A stretch of 64,000 bases of DNA from contig CAYLJX010000002.1 of NCBI GenBank assembly GCA_964384235.1, positions 4,126 through 68,125 on the forward strand. The letters run 5' to 3'. Every line of letters starts with the position of its first letter. The first letter of the stretch is position 1. The stretch comes from an uncultured Bdellovibrionales bacterium. Its GTDB lineage: Bacteria; Patescibacteriota; Minisyncoccia; Moranbacterales; UBA1568. The position numbers and the translations under genes are program-made. The notes beneath the pieces were generated by a model. The model had not been told where the DNA came from. It was given only the letters and a program-made list of their open reading frames with translations, and did no database searches. Shown piece by piece: positions 36,932-46,505 of the stretch.

Positions 36932-39694
36932 ATGCGGTTTTTCAAAAAACAAAAATACATCCTTGCGCTGTTTCTGGTCGCGGAACTTTTCGTGACTACC
37001 GCTTCCCCTGCGATGGCGGGTCTGTTCGGTGGTGGCGGGGCCAAGCTCCCTTCGGTGTCCAAGGTCGCCGGAGAGCTGGAAAAGCGCTACCATCTGAACC
37101 TTGAATCGATCCAGGACAACGGCGAGTCTTTCAATACTACCGGCAACAAGGTGCCGACTCCGGAAGTGACCCTGTTTTTCAGCCCGAGTGATCCGAAGTC
37201 CGGAGAGAAGCTGACGGCGAGGGCTCTCCCTGTCTATTATTCGAATACCAAGGAGAACCTCTACTTCACCTGGTATCTGAAACGGAAGGGTTGCAATATC
37301 GGCGGCTCCGCCCCGGCAGGCTGTGACTTGGACGGCAACGGCAGCGTGACGGTCGAGGACTGGAAGATCGCGGCCGCGCAGATTCTGGCTCAGAACGGAT
37401 TCGATACGACGAGAGCGAACTACTCGAGCAATACGGATAACGACGGGTATCGGGCCAAGTTCGGCGGGGATAGCCGTACCAATACTCCGGACCGCTGCTA
37501 TGTCCATGATAACTCGTCCGGGATCAACTATGAGTTGACCGAGAACGACAACGGTATCGACTTCAGCTGTCCGAGCGGGACGTCACCGGTCTGTCTGGTC
37601 GGAGAGGGTGATGTGACGAGCGGTACGAACGACACACTGGGAGGAAATTCATACTTCGATATCACCGATTCAAATACCTGTACGGTCTCCGGGTATCCGT
37701 ATTGCGCGAGCGGCGGGGTGGCGACATGCAATAACGGGACGCCGCGCTGTGTCGCTGATCCGAACGCCCTGACGAACGATTGCGGGACGGCGCTTTCTTC
37801 CTGCAGTTCGACCTCCGAGCGGAGTACCAATCCGGTCTGCGAGCACCTGTTTCCGGATGCTCCCGGCGATCGGACGGGCGACGGGTCGTTCGGGGCGAGC
37901 GAGGAGCGTTTCTGGGGGACGGACCCGAGCGATTCCGATACGGCCGACAACGGCAACAAGGACGAGGCGAATATCGCAGGACTAGGGAGAGATACTTTCA
38001 CCTGGAACTACGCTCCCGGCGACAAGGTCGGTGTGGCGGTCGAGGGGGTGTCCACGATCGCGACCAAGCATGACGATGCCTCGATGATGATCATGTGGGC
38101 CATGCCCAAGAAGGATTGTCCGGTGCGCAACACTGGCTCCTATACCAAGACGATCAAGGGTTACAAAGTCGTCATCCCTACGGCGAGCATGGACCTCAAT
38201 GACTGCCTCGAGAGAAACCTGGTCGATCCGACGGAAGGCGGCCAGGCGACCAACCTGGATGTTTCCGTGAACGCGACTCCCGATTACCCGATCAATGACG
38301 AGACTCCCGACAAGGGCGGGGATGTCGTGACGGCCACCGCGAGCGTTGCCAACGCCGATCGGAACCTGACCAAGATACTTTTCGATTGGCGGGTGGATAT
38401 AAGCGACAACGTCCAGTTCAGCCGGACGTCGGGGGATGTGGCGACCGGTATCCAGGAAGAGCTCCGTGCCTTAGGCCTTCTGGGGAATACCAAAGGGAAC
38501 GCGCTCGATACGGTCCAGCTCAAACTCGATATTTCTACCGGAACGATCCTCGGCGGTCGTCCGCTCACCTCCTATCTCAACAACGGTGCCGGGTACCTGC
38601 GCTTCGCGGTCGAGGTATCGGAGAGTTTCGAAGGAGGCATCACCCGGCGCGGCCGAAGCGACGTCATCGTGAAGTTCACTTCGACCAACCGCAAGATCAC
38701 GGCGTACCGGGTAGAACCGACCCTGGTCGGGGGAGCGATGCGGGCCAGACTGGCGGCCGCCCCGGCAGGCATCATCTGCAACGGCAATGCCCTGGACCGC
38801 AATGCCTGTCGCGTGATCAAGAATGAGATCATCGGCCTGCGGATCGACCCGACCGGACTCAGTAATTTCCAGTGGACCATCAATGGCGATACGCTCAGTT
38901 GCAGTACCAAGGTTTCTCCGGATTGTCCGGATGACCGGCAGAACGAGATGAACTTCTTCCCGGTCGCAGGCAATGTCGGTGACACCTATACGGTATCCGT
39001 GACCGCCAACGAGATCGCGACGGACAAGGTGGTGACCCTGGCACGGACCTTTCACGTCGTCCAGCCGGAGGTATCGATCGTGACGCTCGATCAGGAGGCC
39101 GCCTGGCCGAAGTTCCTCGGACAGTATCGGGATATCACGGACGCCTCCAATTGCAGCGGAGGGCTCTGCGATGACTACAGTACGACGATCTTCCAGGCCT
39201 TTTCCGGAAGCGGTGTGCGCTTCAAGGCGGATTTTCTCCCGGGATTCCTGGGGGCGACGGCCGAGCGTCAGTGGAATATCGACGGTTTCGATGTCCCGGA
39301 GAACGCTCCCGGCGAGATCGCCTTTCAGGCCACCAAGGAGGCACCGAGCGTGTACAATGTGAGTCTTAACGCCTTGGTCGTGCAGTCCCCGGAAACCCGT
39401 CGGGCGCTCCTGGACATATGGAATATCTCGCCGCTTGATTCCCCGGAAATCCATTTTTCGAGCACGAATCAGGTGGAGCTCCAGGACCCCGAGTTCGTCA
39501 AGGGACCGAGTACCGGAACCGGGAAATTCCTGGCGGCGATAGCCGGGTATGTCCCCTCGAGCCTCCTCTTCGCGTTCCGGATGCTCCTCTCCGGGTTCCT
39601 CATCCTCTTCACGACCGGATTCATCATGGCGCTCATCCCCGAGCAGCGGGCCGCCAGAGCCTCGTCTTCCCGCAGGGGAGAGGATATCGGATGA
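36932..39694 (+). CDS. large Cys/Gly/Thr/Asn-rich cell-surface protein with signal peptide and C-terminal TM anchor
   Basis: Start MRFFKKQKYILALFLVAELFV (signal); about 920 aa; many Cys in apparent disulfide-rich modules; C-terminal FLAAIAGYVPSSLLFAFRMLLSGFLILFTTGFIMALI anchor then basic tail. Confidence 0.6.
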   Translation: MRFFKKQKYILALFLVAELFVTTASPAMAGLFGGGGAKLPSVSKVAGELEKRYHLNLESIQDNGESFNTTGNKVPTPEVTLFFSPSDPKSGEKLTARALPVYYSNTKENLYFTWYLKRKGCNIGGSAPAGCDLDGNGSVTVEDWKIAAAQILAQNGFDTTRANYSSNTDNDGYRAKFGGDSRTNTPDRCYVHDNSSGINYELTENDNGIDFSCPSGTSPVCLVGEGDVTSGTNDTLGGNSYFDITDSNTCTVSGYPYCASGGVATCNNGTPRCVADPNALTNDCGTALSSCSSTSERSTNPVCEHLFPDAPGDRTGDGSFGASEERFWGTDPSDSDTADNGNKDEANIAGLGRDTFTWNYAPGDKVGVAVEGVSTIATKHDDASMMIMWAMPKKDCPVRNTGSYTKTIKGYKVVIPTASMDLNDCLERNLVDPTEGGQATNLDVSVNATPDYPINDETPDKGGDVVTATASVANADRNLTKILFDWRVDISDNVQFSRTSGDVATGIQEELRALGLLGNTKGNALDTVQLKLDISTGTILGGRPLTSYLNNGAGYLRFAVEVSESFEGGITRRGRSDVIVKFTSTNRKITAYRVEPTLVGGAMRARLAAAPAGIICNGNALDRNACRVIKNEIIGLRIDPTGLSNFQWTINGDTLSCSTKVSPDCPDDRQNEMNFFPVAGNVGDTYTVSVTANEIATDKVVTLARTFHVVQPEVSIVTLDQEAAWPKFLGQYRDITDASNCSGGLCDDYSTTIFQAFSGSGVRFKADFLPGFLGATAERQWNIDGFDVPENAPGEIAFQATKEAPSVYNVSLNALVVQSPETRRALLDIWNISPLDSPEIHFSSTNQVELQDPEFVKGPSTGTGKFLAAIAGYVPSSLLFAFRMLLSGFLILFTTGFIMALIPEQRAARASSSRRGEDIG

Positions 39695-39760
39695 GACTTC
39701 TCTTTTGATGTGAGTACACAAAAACCCGACATCTCATAAGGTGTCGGGTTTTCTCATATG

Positions 39761-39842
39761 TGGGTAGGGAGAGACTCGAACTCTCATGGATTGCTCCGCT
39801 AGCTCCTAAGGCTAGTGCGTATACCAATTCCGCCACCTACCC
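39761..39842 (-). tRNA. tRNA-Leu(TAG)
   Basis: Minus-strand GGGTAGG TG GCGG..ACGC A CTAGC CTTAGGA GCTAG (anticodon loop CUUAGGA, anticodon UAG); variable arm; T-arm GAGAG TTCGAGT CTCTC; acceptor CCTACCC A. CCA not encoded. Confidence 0.75.
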
Positions 39843-39853
39843 AGCATCTTTTC

Positions 39854-40165
39854 CTAAATGATTTTCGCCTTTTCTCCGAACACTGAGAGGAGTCGTTCGG
39901 TTTCTTCCTTCACCGGACCCTCGTTGTCATACTCTCCGTGATGACGCGTGGTCTCACCGTACGTGTGTTTCTTCTGGTCCAGATGGAGACTGAGGAAGAG
40001 TTTTGTGCCTTCCAACCGGGTGTAGCAGTGGAAACGCGGATACCCTGAACTACCTAAGACCCGGACGAAACTCATTTCCTTATTTTCCTCACGCTGGAAA
40101 GCGTACCCGGCCCGTCGGAGGAGCGAGACCGGATTTTCAGGGATTGATTCGATGAGGAGTTTCAT
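39854..40165 (-). CDS. hypothetical protein (103 aa) between two tRNA genes
   Basis: Intact ORF; no recognisable motif. Confidence 0.4.
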   Translation of the reverse strand: MKLLIESIPENPVSLLRRAGYAFQREENKEMSFVRVLGSSGYPRFHCYTRLEGTKLFLSLHLDQKKHTYGETTRHHGEYDNEGPVKEETERLLSVFGEKAKII

Positions 40166-40201
40166 AAGATTCCAAAAAAGCCCCTTTCAGGGCTTGTCTT
40201 G

Positions 40202-40272
40202 TCGGAGTGCCGAGAATCGAACTCGGATTACACGCACCCGAAGCGTGCGTAATACCATTATACCACACTCCG
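40202..40272 (-). tRNA. tRNA-Pro(CGG)
   Basis: Minus-strand CGGAGTG ... CACGC TTCGGGT GCGTG (anticodon CGG, U33, G37) ... CCGAG TTCGATT CTCGG CACTCCG A. 3-bp D-stem; CCA not encoded. Confidence 0.75.
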
Positions 40273-40375
40273 ATATTTGATTGCTGATTTTTGGATTGCA
40301 GATTTCAGATTGAAAATCTGGTCTGGATTTTGTATCCGTATCCCGATTCTGCAATCATCAATCTCCAATCTGCAA

Positions 40376-41902
40376 TCATTCCACCCAGTGTCTCTTCTTG
40401 ATCTTTTCGTCGTCGGCCTCGCGTTTCTCCTCGATGCGTTCCTTGGCGAGATCACGGAGGTGTTCGAGTTCCTTGTCCTGGAGTTCCACGGCCCGCTTCA
40501 GGAGAGTTTCCCTTACGTTCTTTTTCGGGTCTTCGATGACTTCCGAGAGGAGGACATCGAGGATGGCACCGATGATGGGCCCGGCAGGAATCTTGAGGTC
40601 CTCGATCAGATCCGTGCCTTTGATGGCGAGCATCTTGACGGAGACGGGGTCCCGCGAGACCTTCTCGATCATGTATTCGAGATGGCGGAGCTTGTAGGGT
40701 TTCGCCTTGGGGACACCGGAACCCAGTCTATCACCGATTCGCACCGCCATCAAGTCGTCCATGTTTTCCAGGCCGACCCGCTTGATGAGGCGGCGCACCG
40801 AGGCCTCGGTGACTTCCCCGACGTTGTAGTAGAAGAGGTGGTTGTCGACGAGGAGGGTCGCCTTTTTGACGACAGCCTGCGGGAAGCGCAGACGGGTGAG
40901 GATCTTGTCTGTCATGCGGGCGCCGACATGATCGTGGTTGTAGAAGGTGGAGCGGTAGCCCTCGCCGCGCTTGGTACGGGGTTTGCCTACGTCGTGGAGT
41001 AGTGCCGCGAGACGCACGGAGAGTTTTTTGGAGGGACAGGTCGCGAGCGCGCGCAGGTTGTGCTCCCACACCGTATAGATGTGGTGGAGGTTCTGGGTGA
41101 CACCGATCCCTTCGCACAGTTCCGGCAGGATGAAGCGGAGAAGTCCCGCTTCCTCGAGCATGTCGATGCCTTCGCTCGGGCTTTCCGAGAGGATGATCTT
41201 TGAGAGTTCGTCACGCACGCGTTCCTTGGAAATGGCTTCGAGCGAGGGGGCGAGCTTTTGGATGGCGGCGAAAGTCGCTTCCTCGATGTGCCAGTTGTGA
41301 CTCTCCTTCGTTTCCTTCGGATCGCGGAGTTCGGCATAGAAGCGGACGGCGCGCATGAGTCGCAGGGCGTCCTCATTGAAACGCTCTTCGGGATTGCCGA
41401 CGGTGCGGATGATTTTGTTTTTCAGGTCCTCTGATCCTCCGAAGAGATCGACGAGTTCCCATTCAATATTTGTATCTTGCCTGACACCGTAGGCGAGGGC
41501 GTTCACGGTGAAGTCGCGACGGGCCAGGTCAGCCTCGAGTGAAGTCGTGAACTTTACTTCTTTGGGGCGGCGCTTGTCGGTGTATTCGGACTCGATGCGG
41601 TAGGTGGTCACTTCGATGACATCATGTTCCTTGTCTTCCGGTGTGTCCATATGAAAGCGCGGTACTTTGACACCGACTGTGCCGAAATCATTCTCATAGA
41701 AGCTCTCCGGGAAGAGTTCCATGATCTTTTCCGGGGTGGCGTCGGTCGTCACGTCCCAGTCCTTAGGAGGGCGTCCGAGGAGGAGGTCTCGTACGCACCC
41801 GCCCACCACGAACGCCTCAAACCCGGCCTCATTCATGGCCTTGACGACGTCGATAACCGGTTGTGGAATCTCACGGATCATAAAAAAAGAATCAGGAATC
41901 AA
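40376..41902 (-). CDS. cca: CCA-adding tRNA nucleotidyltransferase with HD domain
   Basis: GGCVRDLLLGRPPKDWDVTT head motif, HD domain (HDVGK). Start is either TTG 41902 or ATG 41881. Confidence 0.85.
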   Translation of the reverse strand: MIPDSFFMIREIPQPVIDVVKAMNEAGFEAFVVGGCVRDLLLGRPPKDWDVTTDATPEKIMELFPESFYENDFGTVGVKVPRFHMDTPEDKEHDVIEVTTYRIESEYTDKRRPKEVKFTTSLEADLARRDFTVNALAYGVRQDTNIEWELVDLFGGSEDLKNKIIRTVGNPEERFNEDALRLMRAVRFYAELRDPKETKESHNWHIEEATFAAIQKLAPSLEAISKERVRDELSKIILSESPSEGIDMLEEAGLLRFILPELCEGIGVTQNLHHIYTVWEHNLRALATCPSKKLSVRLAALLHDVGKPRTKRGEGYRSTFYNHDHVGARMTDKILTRLRFPQAVVKKATLLVDNHLFYYNVGEVTEASVRRLIKRVGLENMDDLMAVRIGDRLGSGVPKAKPYKLRHLEYMIEKVSRDPVSVKMLAIKGTDLIEDLKIPAGPIIGAILDVLLSEVIEDPKKNVRETLLKRAVELQDKELEHLRDLAKERIEEKREADDEKIKKRHWVE

Positions 41903-41964
41903 GAATCGGGAATCAGGAAAAGCTCTTTACTCTTGATTCGTGATTCTCAATTCTTGATTCTTCC

Positions 41965-43725
41965 TTACAGGCTGCGGCGCTTCTCTTCTTCCTTGTAGCA
42001 GATGAGGGTGTCACCGACTTGGATCTTGACGGAGCCTTCGAAGACGACGCCGCATTCGTTGCCCTGACCGACTTCGTCCGCGTTCTGTTTGTTCTGCTGG
42101 AGATTGAGCATCTTGCCCTGACCGACGATCTCGTCGCCTCGCTTCACCTCGAGGAGCGAACCGCGAAGCAGCTTGCCTTCGGAGACGCGGCCGCCGACGA
42201 TCATGTCGCGCTTGCCCGTCTTGAAGATGGCGAGGACGGAGAGACGGCCGGAATCGGTGCGGATGATCTCGGGCGGGAGCATGGCAGCGAGTCGTTCCTT
42301 GATGGCCTCGACGAGTTTGTAGATGATGTTGTACGTTTCGATCTCGATCTTGGAGTTTTCAGCCATGCGTTTGGCGACGGAGGTCGGTTCCTCGTTGAAA
42401 CCGACGATGAGGGCGCCGGCGCTCTCAGCGATACGGACGTCGGATTCGGTGATACTTCCTACGCCGGACTGGAGGATCTCCACGGCGACCTCTTCTGACT
42501 CGATGGTGGAGAGGATCTGCTCGATGGCTTCGAGGGAACCCTGCACGTCTGCCTTGAGGATGATCGAGAGTTTTTTGATACCTCCTTCGTCCTCGGTCTG
42601 GATCTTGGCAAGCTTGGTCTTGGCACCGGCGGCCTCCTTGGAGCGCAGGCGGGCGAGACTCTTGTCGCTCACCACCTGGACGACGTCATTGACCTGGGGG
42701 GCGGTGTTGAAGCCGTAGATGGTCGCAGGGACGGAAGGACCGGCGGTCTCAAGACTCTTGCCGGAAAAGTCCTCGATGCGGCGGATGCGACCGAAGGCGC
42801 CGCCGGCCACGAGGTCCTGGCCGACCTTGAGGGTGCCGGTACGGACGAGGGCGGTGGCGACGGGACCCTTCTGCGGGTCGAGGTGGGATTCGAGGACGAC
42901 CGCCAGGCCGTCGCGTTTCGAGTCAGCGCGGAAATCCTCGACTTCCGCGATGAGGAGGATGTTTTCCAGGAGCTTGTCGATATTGATATTGCTCTTGGCG
43001 CTGATCTCGGCGCACAGGGTGTCACCGCCCCACCCTTCGAAGAGGATGCCGTGCTCGGCGAGTTCCTGTTTGACACGCTCGGGGTTGGCCTCGGGCTTGT
43101 CGATCTTGTTGATGGCGACGATGACGGGGAGCTTGCGTTCCTTGAGGTATTCGATGACTTCCCTGGTCTGGGGGCGGACACCGTCGTCGGCCGCGACCAC
43201 GAGGATGGCGATGTCGGCGATGGAGAGACCGCGCTTGCGCATGGCGGCAAAAGCCTCGTGTCCCGGCGTGTCGACGAAGGTGATGAGTTCCTTGTGCTTT
43301 TTGACCTGGTAGGCGCTGATGTGCTGGGTAATGCCGCCCGCCTCGCCGGCTGCGACGTTCGCCTTGCGGATGGTGTCGAGGAGGGTGGTCTTGCCGTGGT
43401 CGACATGGCCGAGGATGGTGACGACCGGTGCGCGAGGGGAGAGGTTTTTGCCGGAATTCTTCTCTTCAGTAAGGGTCTTGTTGAGGCCTTCGAGCGTCAT
43501 GTTTCCTTCAGCTGCCTCTTCTTCGGCCAGGGTCGCCTCGAAGCCGAGGTCGGCAGCGATGATGCTCGCCGTCTCGAAATCGATCTCCTCGTTGATGGTC
43601 GCGAGGATGCCGTTCTTCATGAGCTCGGTGATGACGGTCGCGACCGGCAGATGCAGAAGCTCGGAGAGTTTCTTGACGGTCACCGAGGAGGGGAGAACGA
43701 CGTTGTTTGTGGTGGATTCGGTCAT
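41965..43725 (-). CDS. infB: translation initiation factor IF-2 (short N-terminus)
   Basis: G-domain [21 protein letters not shown]; C-terminal beta-barrel domains; 586 aa. Confidence 0.95.
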   Translation of the reverse strand: MTESTTNNVVLPSSVTVKKLSELLHLPVATVITELMKNGILATINEEIDFETASIIAADLGFEATLAEEEAAEGNMTLEGLNKTLTEEKNSGKNLSPRAPVVTILGHVDHGKTTLLDTIRKANVAAGEAGGITQHISAYQVKKHKELITFVDTPGHEAFAAMRKRGLSIADIAILVVAADDGVRPQTREVIEYLKERKLPVIVAINKIDKPEANPERVKQELAEHGILFEGWGGDTLCAEISAKSNINIDKLLENILLIAEVEDFRADSKRDGLAVVLESHLDPQKGPVATALVRTGTLKVGQDLVAGGAFGRIRRIEDFSGKSLETAGPSVPATIYGFNTAPQVNDVVQVVSDKSLARLRSKEAAGAKTKLAKIQTEDEGGIKKLSIILKADVQGSLEAIEQILSTIESEEVAVEILQSGVGSITESDVRIAESAGALIVGFNEEPTSVAKRMAENSKIEIETYNIIYKLVEAIKERLAAMLPPEIIRTDSGRLSVLAIFKTGKRDMIVGGRVSEGKLLRGSLLEVKRGDEIVGQGKMLNLQQNKQNADEVGQGNECGVVFEGSVKIQVGDTLICYKEEEKRRSL

Positions 43726-43819
43726 GAGGGTGCGTGATTAAAAGGGAGAAAAATTAAAAGGGAGTAATGGGAGTAAAGGGAAATGGAAAGGTGATGAGAG
43801 AGGAAGAGAATGAAATTGC

Positions 43820-44338
43820 CTACACCGCGGTCGGTTTTCCTTGGATGGCCTGGGCGATGGCGGCTTTCTCCTCTTCGGTGAAGGGGAAGTGCTCGGCTGC
43901 TCCGGCTGTCACGGGCTTGGCGTAGACACGGGTGCCTTCGCGGGTGTGGAGCGAGGAGAGGACGACGCCGGAATTCTTGCCATCAAGCAGGGCCACCGAG
44001 AAGCTCTGGTTGCCGCCCACTTCCTTGAAGGGATTGAAGCGCAGCACGCTTGTTTTGTGGACGCTCTTGATGACGAGTTCGCGCAGACGGTTGGAAATCT
44101 CGAAAAGCTCCTGGATTTCCCCGTCGAGTTCCTTGGTCTCTTCGAGTTGTTTCAAAAGAACGGTTTCCAGATCCTTGGCTTCCTTTCCGGAAAAGAACGT
44201 CTCGAGCTTCTGTTTCTGCCTGCGGTTCTGAATGAGGAGGTAGACGACCATTCCCAGGAGGACGAGCTCCCCGAACACGAGTACGGCGAAGGCGATCATG
44301 GCGAAGGTGGGGAGGGTTTCGAGCATAGGAATCCGCAA
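43820..44338 (-). CDS. DUF4446-like membrane-anchored protein
   Basis: N-terminal TM, coiled region, then RFNPFKEVGGNQSFSVALLDGKNSGVVLSSLHTREGTRVYAKPV core. Confidence 0.5.
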   Translation of the reverse strand: MRIPMLETLPTFAMIAFAVLVFGELVLLGMVVYLLIQNRRQKQKLETFFSGKEAKDLETVLLKQLEETKELDGEIQELFEISNRLRELVIKSVHKTSVLRFNPFKEVGGNQSFSVALLDGKNSGVVLSSLHTREGTRVYAKPVTAGAAEHFPFTEEEKAAIAQAIQGKPTAV

Positions 44339-44475
44339 ACGGGCCTTTCTGTTACGCTACCACGATTTTTTCTCTTTGTAAAGGGAAAATTTTGAGTCCG
44401 TCTTGACTCCCTTTCGTTATCATCTGGGATGAAGTGCTATACTGAAAACATCCCATTATTTTTTAATCACATTCC

Positions 44476-45118
44476 TATGAAAAGGCTTCTCATCGTCGCC
44501 TTCGTGCTGGTCCTCATCGCGGTCGTCGCGCTCTTTGTCTGGAAGCAGAGCGGTTCGCCCAAGCCCGGGAAAGAGTCCGTCATGAAGCAGGAGACCCAAG
44601 GGATGCCCAAGCAGGCGGAGAGCACGGTCATCGATTCCATCAAGGACGCCATGGGTCTGGGCAAGGCTATGCAGTGTACCTACATGGCCGATGGACAGGC
44701 TTCTTTCAAGTCTTCCGTCATCGTGAACGGCGACAAGTTCAAGTCCGTGACCGAGGTCGCCGGCAAGAAGATGTACGGCCTCTTCGACGGGGAGGCGCAG
44801 TACGTGTGGACGGAAGGCGAGAGCAAGGGTTTCAAGATGAGCAAGGGTTGCCTCGACGAGCTCAAGGCCAACCTGCCTGCCGGAAGCGATACGAATACGG
44901 GAGCTGGCGTGAAGGATCTCTCGGAAGGATTCGACATGGCCAAGAACGTGACATGCGAGGCGGCTCCCTCGGCTTCAGCGGATCTTTCCGTCCCGACGGA
45001 TGTCATGTTTGCCGATCAGTGCGAGATGATGCGGCAGAGCCTCGAAATGATGAAGAACGTACAGAAGCAGATGCCAGAAGGGACGAAGTTCCCCGGCACG
45101 ATGCCGCAACCGTACTGA
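44476..45118 (+). CDS. hypothetical secreted/membrane-anchored protein
   Basis: Start MKRLLIVAFVLVLIAVVALF; 214 aa; several Cys. Confidence 0.45.
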
Positions 45119-45164
45119 AATTCCCGCGGGATTCCGCACGTAATTCGTTTTTCAATCACAACCT

Positions 45165-45602
45165 ATGGGCAAGATACTCGGTATCATCATCGTCATCGTC
45201 CTTGTGGCAGTCGGCTGGTTCTTCTTCGGTTCCAAGCAGTCCTCGGCACCGACCGGGGATGGCGCCAAGATGACCAAAGAAAATACGTCGGAACCGACGA
45301 TCGGCGGCACTGCAGGAAAAGTGGGAGCGACGAAGGAATTCGTCATCGAGAGCGCCAACTTTTCCTTTGCGCCGAACACTATGACGGTCAAGAAGGGCGA
45401 CTTGGTCAAGATCACGCTCAAGAACAAGGAGGGTCTTCATGATCTCAAGATCGACGAGCTCGGCGTCGCGACCAGCCGTCTCAACGGTGTCGGCGAGGAG
45501 AAAGTGGAGTTCGTCGCGGACAAGACCGGGACGTTCGAATACTACTGTTCCGTCGGCGAGCATCGCGCCATGGGTATGAAGGGCACGCTTAAGGTGGAGT
45601 AG
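45165..45602 (+). CDS. cupredoxin (plastocyanin/azurin-like) copper-binding protein
   Basis: N-terminal TM; type-1 copper ligands H (GLHDL), C..H (YYCSVGEH), M (AMGM). Confidence 0.7.
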   Translation: MGKILGIIIVIVLVAVGWFFFGSKQSSAPTGDGAKMTKENTSEPTIGGTAGKVGATKEFVIESANFSFAPNTMTVKKGDLVKITLKNKEGLHDLKIDELGVATSRLNGVGEEKVEFVADKTGTFEYYCSVGEHRAMGMKGTLKVE

Positions 45603-45631
45603 ACTCCTCTTTTTTGGAAGAAAAACAAAGA

Positions 45632-45652
45632 CCCCGCTCCTGGCGGGGTTTT
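45632..45652 (+). terminator. intrinsic terminator
   Basis: CCCCGCTCCTGGCGGGG TTTT. Confidence 0.65.
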
Positions 45653-45656
45653 GTTA

Positions 45657-45745
45657 TGGCGGAAAGGGAGAGATTCGAACTCTCGATACCGTTTCCGGTA
45701 TGCCGCTTTTCGAGAGCGGTGCCTTCAACCACTCGGCCACCTTTC
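45657..45745 (-). tRNA. tRNA-Ser(CGA)
   Basis: Minus-strand GGAAAGG TG GCCGAGTGGTTGAAGGC A CCGCT CTCGAAA AGCGG (anticodon CGA); long variable arm; GAGAG TTCGAAT CTCTC CCTTTCC G CCA (CCA encoded). Confidence 0.8.
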
Positions 45746-45953
45746 CGTACTGATCAGCCAAGGCTGATCGAAAAAACTGTCGGCCTCGTGCTTCCGGGGT
45801 TTCCATCGAAACCCGCACGGTGTTCGCTTGCTCACACCGTGCCCACTCGGCCACTTCTCCATATGACGAGATGATTGTATACGAAAACGCTTTATTGTAC
45901 AATAGAAACACCTTGGAATCTTTCGGAACAAACAAAAAATTAACCTTTCGTGT

Positions 45954-46502
45954 ATGCAAACGCCCCTCGGACTGACCTTTGTCGATCCGGCGACCGTGAC
46001 GAGACAGCTCTCCATCGAGGAGGGGAGCAAAGTGGCCGATTTCGGCTGCGGGTCGGGTTTCTTTTCCTTCGAATTCGCCAAACGGATCGGGAGCGACGGT
46101 CTCGTTTACGCGCTCGACGTGTTGCCGTCGGCTTTGGAGGCGGTGGCGAGCCGGGCCAAGACACTCGGTCTCGGCAACATCGTGACCAAACGCGTCAATC
46201 TGGAGCGGGACAACGGTTCGATGCTTTCGCCCGGGAGTGTCGATTGGGTGGTGCTCAAGGACATGCTCTTTCAGAACGAGCGCAAGGAAGTGATCATCCG
46301 CGAGGTGGCCCGGGTCCTCAAGCAGGGCGGACAGGCCATCGTCATGGAGTGGAATCCCAAGGACACGATGGTCGGACCGGATGCCAAGCTCCGTATCGCT
46401 CCGGAAACGCTCAAGCAGATGGCGGAGAAGGTGGGGCTTTCCATCAATCAGGAACTGAACGTCGGCGGGTTCCATTACGCGTTCGTGGTAAGCAAAGGCT
46501 GA
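45954..46502 (+). CDS. class I SAM-dependent methyltransferase
   Basis: Motif I VADFGCGSGFFS, motif post-I LVYALDV; 182 aa. Confidence 0.8.
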   Translation: MQTPLGLTFVDPATVTRQLSIEEGSKVADFGCGSGFFSFEFAKRIGSDGLVYALDVLPSALEAVASRAKTLGLGNIVTKRVNLERDNGSMLSPGSVDWVVLKDMLFQNERKEVIIREVARVLKQGGQAIVMEWNPKDTMVGPDAKLRIAPETLKQMAEKVGLSINQELNVGGFHYAFVVSKG

Positions 46503-46505
46503 GAT

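Noticed and set aside
26613-40272. Integrative conjugative element bounded by the recombinase and the tRNA genes
   Set aside because: No direct repeats of the tRNA 3' ends found near the recombinase end; no relaxase, VirD4 or replication genes; kept only as a low-interest speculation.
45777-45862. Calling a second complete tRNA here
   Set aside because: The 5' half is tRNA-Ser-like, but there is no complementary 3' acceptor strand, the would-be anticodon loop is 11-12 nt and no canonical T-arm is present. Reported only as a tRNA-like fragment.
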